NCBI GenBank assembly: GCA_964396165.1
Contig: CAYNEF010000018.1
Coordinates: forward strand, 436 to 64,435
Reading direction: 5' to 3'
DNA length: 64,000 nt
Origin: an uncultured Pseudobdellovibrionaceae bacterium
Lineage (GTDB): Bacteria > Bdellovibrionota > FAC87 > UBA2466
Positions 57,266 to 64,000 of this stretch are shown piece by piece. Made by a program: the position numbers and the translations under genes. The notes beneath the pieces are model-generated. The model saw only the letters and a list, made by a program, of their open reading frames with translations. It was not told the DNA's origin and did not search any database. How positions within the stretch are numbered: the stretch's first letter is position 1; every line of letters begins with the position of its first letter.

Positions 57266-58117
57266 TTAGCGGGTACTGATGTAAACTTCAGAAGACAGAC
57301 CAGCCTGCAATTTAGAAACAAATTCCTCTGTGAGATCCGAAAATTTGATTTTCACAGAAACTCGCTGAACCACTTTGGTGAAATTTCCTGTCGCGTTGTC
57401 TGGCGGCAAGAGACTAAAAATGGCGCCCGTACTGGGACTAATGCTTTCGACTTTTCCATGAAACGTCTTGCCACTGATGGCATCAACCGTAATCTTCACT
57501 TCATTGCCGATTTTAATTCTATTTAAATCCGTCTCTTTCAAATTCGCAGTAATCCATCTTTCATCAGTAGAGACAAAACCAAATAGGGGTTGTCCGCCTT
57601 GTACAAACTGGCCCGCTTCAATGGATTTTCGCGCAATCAAACCGTCTGTCGGCGCAATAATTTTTGTATAGCCCATATTGAGTTTGGCCTGATCCAACTG
57701 AACCTGAGCTGCCTTTAACTTTGCTTCCAGTTCTTTAAAAGTCGCACTCGCATTATCAAAGCGCTCGCGGCTAATGGCCTGGCTTCTAAACAATTCGGCA
57801 TTACGCTTGTAGTTCACTTCTGCTTCATGGTAGCGCGCCTGTAAAGAGGCGACCTGCGCTTCTGCCCCTTCTGAAGCATTGGACAAATCAGAAGTATCTA
57901 TTTGTGCAAGAACGTCACCGGCTTTTACTTTTTCATTTTCTTCGACAAGAACTTTTTGAATCGTGCCGTTCACACGAGACGACAACATGGTCACATGCGC
58001 GCCGACTTGAGCATTGTCTGTATAGACCCACATCAAATGTTGTACGAAATAATAAGCTCCTACGGCTAAAAGTGAGATAAGAACGATGCCTAAAGTAATT
58101 TTTCTATTTCTATTCAT
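57266..58117 (-). CDS. emrA: HlyD/EmrA family efflux periplasmic adaptor
   Basis: There is an N-terminal transmembrane anchor, a coiled-coil region (QARYHEAEVNYKRNAELF...) and a C-terminal beta-barrel domain. The stop abuts the tolC-like gene. Confidence 0.8.
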   Translation of the reverse strand: MNRNRKITLGIVLISLLAVGAYYFVQHLMWVYTDNAQVGAHVTMLSSRVNGTIQKVLVEENEKVKAGDVLAQIDTSDLSNASEGAEAQVASLQARYHEAEVNYKRNAELFRSQAISRERFDNASATFKELEAKLKAAQVQLDQAKLNMGYTKIIAPTDGLIARKSIEAGQFVQGGQPLFGFVSTDERWITANLKETDLNRIKIGNEVKITVDAISGKTFHGKVESISPSTGAIFSLLPPDNATGNFTKVVQRVSVKIKFSDLTEEFVSKLQAGLSSEVYISTR

Positions 58118-59446
58118 TTAAATTTTTCTCCCTAATGCTAATTCCAACTGCAACAAGGCTTCCGCGCCATCCACCTGCGCTTTAACAAGTCCTGCTTTTG
58201 CACGAAACAAGTCCAGCTCAGCATCCAAAAGATCGGTATTCGTTCTTGTCCCTGCCCGCACACCCAGTTTTGCAAGTCGTACACTTTCATCGGCAGCTTC
58301 GATGGCTTGTTTTTTTGCATTGAAAAGCGCTGTGTTGTAATTGAGTTTTCTTTTCCAAAGTTCAAAGTCGTTGGGAGCACGGATCACTGCCGCGCGAGAG
58401 GCAAATTCTGCCTGCTCGTGTTGCGCTTCAGACTGTCTTAGTCTTGCGTAGGAAGCGCCTCCATCAAAAAGATTCCAGGTAAGTACGGCGCCTATAAAAT
58501 AAGCGTCTTTATAGGAATCCGTTGTGGTAAGCGCGTAGTCTTTGTTGTTGTAGTATTGTTTCTCGGCAGACAGGGACAAGCGAGGAAGCCAGGCAGAATA
58601 AAGCGCAGTATGCATCATATCCGAAGCTTCTGCTCTGTTTGCAAGCGCACTTAAGTCTACTCGTGCCGCTTGTTCCCACTTGATGTCTTTGGAAATATTT
58701 TTCGAGTTGGGCTCTGGCAATGATCCCTTAAGAGGTCTTGCATCTTCTGCTTTGCCGAGTAATTGTGCAAGGGCACGTCTTGCTAAAATAACATTGTCTT
58801 CTGCGGCCCCTTTTTCAGGAATCGCTTCTTGCAACTGAACTTGAACACGCAGTAAGTCGAACTTGGTAGCACCACCGCCCTTTAATACGCTTTTTACTCT
58901 TTCTAAATGTTCTTCTAATGTCGCGACATTTTGGGCTGCTACGCTTGAAAGAAGTTCTGCAGCTAGTGCCTGGTAGTATTTTAATTTAATTTCATTTTCC
59001 ACAGCAAATTCGGCGCGCTCACTTTCCCAAGACGCAGCCCGCGCATTTAATTTTGCGGCTCTAAAATGTTTCCAGGATTGAAAGCCATCAAATACCGTCC
59101 AGGAAAGTCCCAACGAGGCACTTGTTTTTGGGTAGATGGCATCCATGGAAACAGGTGCTCCACCAAAGTTGATATCAATAGTCTGGTATTTCAAATCCAC
59201 CGCATGGTTTGCGGATAACGTAAGTTTTGGCAGATTACCTGATATGGCTTCAAGCGGTTTCCAGGAAGCTTCTTGTTCCAGAGCGCGCACTTTTTGCAAT
59301 TGCGGGTTTTGTGCTTTGCCTTCGGAGATGGCTTCTTCGAGAGTCAGACCGGTTGCGACTTCAGCGGCGCGCGCTGGAGTTGCCATCGTAACCCAGGCAA
59401 GTAAACCTAATAAACTGACAAGCCAACGGTATATACAATTACTCAT
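58118..59446 (-). CDS. TolC family outer-membrane efflux protein
   Basis: There is a signal peptide and two OEP-type repeats with long helical heptads. The protein is 442 aa. Confidence 0.8.
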   Translation of the reverse strand: MSNCIYRWLVSLLGLLAWVTMATPARAAEVATGLTLEEAISEGKAQNPQLQKVRALEQEASWKPLEAISGNLPKLTLSANHAVDLKYQTIDINFGGAPVSMDAIYPKTSASLGLSWTVFDGFQSWKHFRAAKLNARAASWESERAEFAVENEIKLKYYQALAAELLSSVAAQNVATLEEHLERVKSVLKGGGATKFDLLRVQVQLQEAIPEKGAAEDNVILARRALAQLLGKAEDARPLKGSLPEPNSKNISKDIKWEQAARVDLSALANRAEASDMMHTALYSAWLPRLSLSAEKQYYNNKDYALTTTDSYKDAYFIGAVLTWNLFDGGASYARLRQSEAQHEQAEFASRAAVIRAPNDFELWKRKLNYNTALFNAKKQAIEAADESVRLAKLGVRAGTRTNTDLLDAELDLFRAKAGLVKAQVDGAEALLQLELALGRKI

Positions 59447-59454
59447 TTACTACC

Positions 59455-60099
59455 TCAAACAACTTTAACTAGCGATCCATTCAAAATGATGGAAAGCAGA
59501 CTTTCCAAATAGGCTTCTCTTTGCTTTGAATCGTAGATCGATCTGTCAAAATATTTTTTATGGATGGGTTCTACACGCAGCCACTGCCCCATCGTGCCGT
59601 GAATCAGCGTCGTCAGACAATAAGGATCAAGCTCTGTTCTTAAAAATCCATTTTTCTGTGCATCTTTAAAAAATTCCGTCAGCTTGCGGGTGAGTTTTAA
59701 AAAAGTTTCTTCAAAAACATCTTTCGCTAACGGAAGACCAGCTTCAATTTCTCTTCCTAAAATTTTGTGTGCTTCGGGTTCTTCGATAATGGATTTTGCG
59801 ATGCTTTCTAAGACGAGTTTCAAACGGACTTTAAAGTCTTCAGGACTCGTGGCTTTCTCCAAAAGACTTTCTGCAATCTCAAGTCTTGCTTTTCCAAATT
59901 CGGAGATGCAGGCACGGTACAAACCTTCTTTTCCCCCGAAATGGTAGCTCACTAGACAGAGGCTAGCTTTGGCTTCCCGTGCGATGTCGCGCACCGTAGT
60001 TCCCTCAAGCCCTTTTTTCGCGAAACAACGTCGAGCCGCAAGAAGTAATTGCTTCTTGGAAGTCTCTTTTTCATCGGCTGATGGCTTCAACTTAAACAT
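59455..60099 (-). CDS. TetR/AcrR family transcriptional regulator of the efflux operon
   Basis: The HTH is TTVRDIAREAKASLCLVSYHFGGKEGLY. The ATG start is taken at 60099 (MFKLKP...). The ORF-track TTG start is at 60117. Confidence 0.8.
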   Translation of the reverse strand: MFKLKPSADEKETSKKQLLLAARRCFAKKGLEGTTVRDIAREAKASLCLVSYHFGGKEGLYRACISEFGKARLEIAESLLEKATSPEDFKVRLKLVLESIAKSIIEEPEAHKILGREIEAGLPLAKDVFEETFLKLTRKLTEFFKDAQKNGFLRTELDPYCLTTLIHGTMGQWLRVEPIHKKYFDRSIYDSKQREAYLESLLSIILNGSLVKVV

Positions 60100-60107
60100 A
60101 AATCCAT

Positions 60108-60127
60108 TATAGAACAAATGTTCTATA
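60108..60127. promoter_or_regulatory. Perfect 9-2-9 palindrome (TATAGAACA-AA-TGTTCTATA), candidate TetR operator
   Basis: The palindrome is read directly from the sequence. It lies 9 to 28 bp upstream of the tetR ATG and overlaps the likely promoter of the tetR-tolC-emrAB operon. Confidence 0.5.
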
Positions 60128-60212
60128 AATCAATACAATTGTTTTATTTGTAAAAAGACTATGAATTCAACGTTTTTAGAAGGTTTGCCGATAAGAGAAT
60201 AACGAGGTTCCT

Positions 60213-60515
60213 ATGAAAGTATTCGTTTATACAAAGCGTAGAAGAAGCATTCGCTTTAAACCAGACCCAGAAAACCAGATTGCGAAAATCGATATCCAAA
60301 ATTTGGAAGGCAAATTTCAGCCAACTGTAACAGCACTGGTGATAGACGAAGCGTACAAAGGCTGCGGTCTAATTTTTCAAGACCAAAAGGGTTTTGAAAT
60401 TGGAGAAGTCTGCCGCCTTCAAGTCGGACAAATCGGTCCCTTGCAAGCAGAAGTTCGTTGGAAGCAAAAACTCTATGACAATCTCATTAAAGTCGGTTTT
60501 CGTTTCTTAGAATAA
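60213..60515 (+). CDS. PilZ domain protein (putative c-di-GMP receptor)
   Basis: The RxxxR motif (KRRRSIRF) is near the N-terminus and a D-x-A/S-x-x-G-like motif (DEAYKGCG) lies about 30 aa later. The 100 aa size is typical of stand-alone PilZ proteins. Confidence 0.45.
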   Translation: MKVFVYTKRRRSIRFKPDPENQIAKIDIQNLEGKFQPTVTALVIDEAYKGCGLIFQDQKGFEIGEVCRLQVGQIGPLQAEVRWKQKLYDNLIKVGFRFLE

Positions 60516-60546
60516 AAAAAACGGGGTGCTCTTTCGAACACCCCGA
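60514..60546 (-). terminator. Rho-independent terminator for the minus-strand metalloprotease gene
   Basis: A 7-bp GC-rich stem (CGGGGTG/CACCCCG) with a 10-nt loop is followed on the minus strand by a U8 run (A8 on the plus strand at 60514..60521). Confidence 0.5.
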
Positions 60547-60567
60547 TCTCATACATCACACTATTTC

Positions 60568-62814
60568 TTATTCGCAAGCCAAGTCAGCATCCACTAGAAC
60601 TTTAAGCGGTTCCAGTGTTTTGACTGTGAGCTTTTTCAAGTCACTCAAGTTTTGAAGTACCTGGGCTTTTGCCGCTTCAGATTTGCCTTTTAAGACATCT
60701 TGCAAGTCTTTTGGGCATACCTTAGAGCGCAATCCTTCTTTTACAAAGAGAACGATTTCAGCTGCTGTCTTAGGTCTGTCGTTCTTCAAGTTAAAGTTCG
60801 TCCAGCTTGCAGATGTTTTTTCGGCTGTGGCCGCATACATCCCGATTGCAGGTAGTACAGAAGCAAGTTCACGTTTCATGTCATCCACCTTCCACAGGGT
60901 TGTATTTACATCTCCTCGACCGATTAACAACGAGACCGCTCTTTCCAGGCGAGCATCGAAGAATCCGTAAGGATCGTTTGTCGCATCGTCTCTGGAACAC
61001 TCAGCAGAGTTCTCCAGGTGTTCAGCGTCTGGCACGCCTTCGTCGGTACAGAACAGAGTACGGTTAGAAGGTTCTACACCTTGGTAGCCATACTTCAGCG
61101 CTATCACGTCATAGATGCCTACTTCATCGAGGTGTCTAAAACCGCGGCCTAAGTATTCCATGATGGAGTGAGAGACTTTTCCTTTTTCAAGGCCGGAGTA
61201 ACTCAAGTTACCGCGGAAGTTGTGTCTCAGTCCTAAGTTATGGCCTAACTCATGACCTACTAGATCTAACCAATAACCATCCATGTATGATTCAAATGTG
61301 TAGCCGGATGGTAAGAGATCGAAATCTTCTCTTTGCATCGCTGGATCTTCCAAAGAAGCTTGTTGAGAGACATCTCTGAAACCCAATTCGCCTAAAGATA
61401 CTTTAAAGCGCTTTGAACTTCCTTCGTCTATCATGGACTTCAGTGTTTTTTCTCCATCGCGCATCACTTGCAATGCTTCGATGACTTTTCCTTCTTCCAT
61501 CAGTGCGTTCACTGTTTTACCGATCGAGAACCACTCTTTGTAGATTTTTACAATGTGTGGTCCTTGGACAAGCACGTTGGAAGAAAGAATTTCCCCCGTA
61601 AATTGATTTGCGATGGAGGGCCCAAGACCGCCGTATGGAGCACGGTTTACAAGATCCCACTCAACGATGTTGTACCTGATATCACCCGTCACAAGTTTTT
61701 CTGCGCGGGCGTCTGTCGCATCCACAAATTCATAGGCAATCAATTTTTTGCCAGCGAATTCGAGAAACTTAGCGTTCCATGCGTCAAAAGAAGCAGCGAA
61801 GTTCTTTTTGTATTCCTCAGGTACGTTCTTGATGAAGTACTTAACAGGTTCTGCATTCAAACTGCCTGTTCCTTGAGAAGGAAGTAAGTGGCGCTCAATT
61901 TTCGCTACTTTGCTTCTTTCCGTCATAAAGAAACCTACCCCCGGAGTAGCTTCACGCGCCTGAAATTCAGGGTGAAATGCAGAGGCCAGTCTCAAGAACC
62001 AACGGATAGTAAATTTGGTTTCAGGAACTTCCTGTACATCCGTTTTTGTTTCTAGAGGAACCATGGTGACTTCCACATCGAATACCAGTGTGGAAACAGA
62101 GTAATCTACCGCAACAGTCTTGGCGGATTTTGTTTTAAGTTTTGTGTAACTGCCATCCGGATCAAGCATTTCGATCAGATTGAGTTGCTCACCTAAAGAT
62201 GACAGATCTAAAAACACCGTACTGCTTTTATCATCTACGCCGACAATCGGTATTCCTATCAGAGCTTTTTGCTCGGAGCCTTCTGTACAATCCTTCACAC
62301 AACCTACAAGACCGAAGACGTATTCGTTTTCCTTATCGCCTTTAGCCACAACGGTTTTGACATGCAGTGGAGTTAAATCCATCAGCTTCAGTCTTCCCAT
62401 TGTTTCACTTTCTTTGTCAGAAGTTTTTGTGATCACTCCTCCAAAAAGTTGTTGTTCGCCCAGAAGCCCAATGGGGAAACCGACAACGAGAGAATTTGCA
62501 GCTGGTTCTTCCACGTTGTCGGCGTTCCCTAATAGTTTTTTAATGGCAATTCCTGCCATTTTTGCAATTTTACTTAAAAGGTTTATGCCTTTTTTGGATT
62601 TTGCGCTTACGACTTTTTCAGCCGATTTTGCTTCCAAAAAAGACTGTTCTCCCATAACCACATAGGGGGCTTTAGCATCCCCTAGAGTTTTTTCTATACG
62701 GGGATCGGTATTATCTACGGGTGTTGTCACCTCGACCGTTTCTTTTTTTCCGCAACCGTTTAAAACAAGAACTGAAACGAACAATCCTACTACTAAATTA
62801 TGAGCCAACTTCAT
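60568..62814 (-). CDS. Metzincin-type zinc metalloprotease lipoprotein
   Basis: The lipobox is VLVLNGCGKK. HELGHNLGLRH is the HExxHxxGxxH metzincin motif. It is followed by a Met-turn (SHSIMEY). The protein is 748 aa. Confidence 0.75.
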   Translation of the reverse strand: MKLAHNLVVGLFVSVLVLNGCGKKETVEVTTPVDNTDPRIEKTLGDAKAPYVVMGEQSFLEAKSAEKVVSAKSKKGINLLSKIAKMAGIAIKKLLGNADNVEEPAANSLVVGFPIGLLGEQQLFGGVITKTSDKESETMGRLKLMDLTPLHVKTVVAKGDKENEYVFGLVGCVKDCTEGSEQKALIGIPIVGVDDKSSTVFLDLSSLGEQLNLIEMLDPDGSYTKLKTKSAKTVAVDYSVSTLVFDVEVTMVPLETKTDVQEVPETKFTIRWFLRLASAFHPEFQAREATPGVGFFMTERSKVAKIERHLLPSQGTGSLNAEPVKYFIKNVPEEYKKNFAASFDAWNAKFLEFAGKKLIAYEFVDATDARAEKLVTGDIRYNIVEWDLVNRAPYGGLGPSIANQFTGEILSSNVLVQGPHIVKIYKEWFSIGKTVNALMEEGKVIEALQVMRDGEKTLKSMIDEGSSKRFKVSLGELGFRDVSQQASLEDPAMQREDFDLLPSGYTFESYMDGYWLDLVGHELGHNLGLRHNFRGNLSYSGLEKGKVSHSIMEYLGRGFRHLDEVGIYDVIALKYGYQGVEPSNRTLFCTDEGVPDAEHLENSAECSRDDATNDPYGFFDARLERAVSLLIGRGDVNTTLWKVDDMKRELASVLPAIGMYAATAEKTSASWTNFNLKNDRPKTAAEIVLFVKEGLRSKVCPKDLQDVLKGKSEAAKAQVLQNLSDLKKLTVKTLEPLKVLVDADLACE

Positions 62815-62980
62815 TGGGCCCCCTTTCCTTCAAGAGCTTGTTAGAGCAAGGGCAGTGCCAGTTAACAGCATTTTATTTCATGCGTAAAAGCGTTAAGCGC
62901 TCGAGTTTTTTCACAATTTATTAGGTGCGAAAAGGTACCGTCCGGTAAAAAGGGAAGGATCGTTTGTTAACACTTGGGGC

Positions 62981-63655
62981 TTAAATTTTAAACGGGTTAA
63001 AGTCTGTATCGCGATCGTAGTAGTCTTCGTTTTCTACACGTTTTAAAAAGGCGACTACTTTGTAAGTCACAGGAGTCATCACTACTTCCACGAGCACTTT
63101 GATTGCGTAATTACTGATTAAAACGTGTAATACTACTTCGTTTGGCCAAACGCCTAAAAAAGCTATCGGGTAAAAAATGAGAGAATCTACCGCTTCTCCA
63201 AAAATAGTAGAACCGATCGTTCTCAGCCAAAGCATCTTGCCCTCTGTCCAGACCTTCATTTTTGCAAGCACGTAAGAGTTTGTGAACTCTCCCAAAAAGA
63301 AAGCCGCGAGTGAGCCTACAAAAATTCTCCAGGTACTCCCAAATACAGTTTCCACTGCCGCTTGGTGAGGCCATCCGGGAGCAGGTGCAACGTTTACGAC
63401 GACAAAACTCATGAGAGAGGCAAATGCCATCGCGACAAACCCTGCCCATACGACTTTGCGGGAATGCGCATAGCCATAAACTTCAGTCAAAATATCGCCA
63501 AAGATGTAACTGAGCGGAAAGAAAAAAATACCAGTTGTGCAGGTATTTCCAAAAAATGTTGTGAGTTTGGAAACACCTATCAAATTGGAACACAAAAGAA
63601 CGGTTACAAAGGCTGCCATCACAAAATCGTAATAGCGGTATTCGTTTCGTTTCAT
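62981..63655 (-). CDS. yhhQ: Queuosine precursor transporter (YhhQ/DUF165 family)
   Basis: The protein has six transmembrane segments. The segments FFPLSYIFGDILTEVYGYAHSRKVVWAGF and LKMKVWTEGKMLWLR are typical of the YhhQ family. Confidence 0.7.
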   Translation of the reverse strand: MKRNEYRYYDFVMAAFVTVLLCSNLIGVSKLTTFFGNTCTTGIFFFPLSYIFGDILTEVYGYAHSRKVVWAGFVAMAFASLMSFVVVNVAPAPGWPHQAAVETVFGSTWRIFVGSLAAFFLGEFTNSYVLAKMKVWTEGKMLWLRTIGSTIFGEAVDSLIFYPIAFLGVWPNEVVLHVLISNYAIKVLVEVVMTPVTYKVVAFLKRVENEDYYDRDTDFNPFKI

Positions 63656-64000
63656 TTGGCGAGTATGGGTTCTTCAGTCCAAGGGTGGTTTTTTGTCAGA
63701 AGTGTAAAAATCGGACTTGTAATAAAAGTGGTAACAAGCGCCATGATAACAAGCATTGCGAATAAGGATGGGGTGATGATTTTTAAGTCCAATCCGATAT
63801 TGAGTACGATTAATTCTACAAGTCCTCTTGTATTCATCAAGATACCCATTGCCGCTGAGTCGCGCGTATTTAGTCCTACAAATTTGGAAGCGAGAAAAGA
63901 TCCTCCGAACTTACCCAATGTCGCAACTACGATAATCACACCGCAAATAATCCAATCTTCTTTTTTATCAAGCAGTCCAATTTGCGTTCTTAATCCAGTA
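63652..64000 (-). CDS. Cation:proton antiporter (CPA1/CPA2 family), partial. The N-terminus lies beyond the window end.
   Basis: The C-terminal part of the transporter domain (LGKFGGSFLASKFVGLNTRDSAAMGILMNTRGLVELIVLNIGL) is present. The frame stays open to position 64000. Confidence 0.65.
   Translation of the reverse strand, partial: TGLRTQIGLLDKKEDWIICGVIIVVATLGKFGGSFLASKFVGLNTRDSAAMGILMNTRGLVELIVLNIGLDLKIITPSLFAMLVIMALVTTFITSPIFTLLTKNHPWTEEPILAK

Noticed and set aside
1-64000. A search for CRISPR arrays, tRNA/rRNA genes, and IS element, integrase or phage genes.
   Set aside because: I saw no regularly spaced direct repeats, no tRNA-like acceptor or T-arm signatures, and no transposase, integrase or phage structural ORFs. 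The absence calls rest on visual inspection only.

Overview
This 64 kb window is a gene-dense, moderately AT-rich chromosomal segment from a Gram-negative bacterium. The Gram-negative call rests on many signal-peptide, lipoprotein and outer-membrane beta-barrel proteins and a TolC/EmrAB efflux operon. The organism could be a Bdellovibrionota-like predator, but that is only a guess. I recognised no rRNA, tRNA, CRISPR array, transposase or integrase. I called about 68 protein-coding genes.

Housekeeping genes include uvrB, ilvC, a cold-shock protein (cspA), a P-type ATPase, an acyl-CoA synthetase, a methylmalonyl-CoA mutase catalytic subunit, leucine dehydrogenase, wecB, an RlmI-like methyltransferase and a YhhQ transporter.

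The accessory and envelope content is large and falls into these groups:
- A 5'-partial CPBP/CAAX protease next to a BrnT/BrnA toxin-antitoxin pair.
- An NfrB-like exopolysaccharide synthase locus (small outer-membrane protein, GT2 synthase, secreted deacetylase/hydrolase-like protein), with a divergent GH5 hydrolase and WecB.
- A minus-strand run of envelope genes centred on a NodU/CmcH-type carbamoyltransferase with a small membrane partner, an internally duplicated Cys-rich secreted protein, DoxX, and a protein-glutaminase-like secreted enzyme.
- A GT-C (PMT/ArnT-like) glycosyltransferase and a GT4-methyltransferase fusion.
- A collagen-like Gly-rich lipoprotein.
- A bactofilin plus FHA/TPR cluster with three uncharacterised membrane-anchored proteins.
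- Two tandem FadL-like outer-membrane proteins.
- A tetR-tolC-emrA-emrB operon.

Perfect palindromic candidate operators lie upstream of an ArsR-family gene and the efflux-operon tetR gene. A textbook bidirectional terminator sits at 40936..40969.
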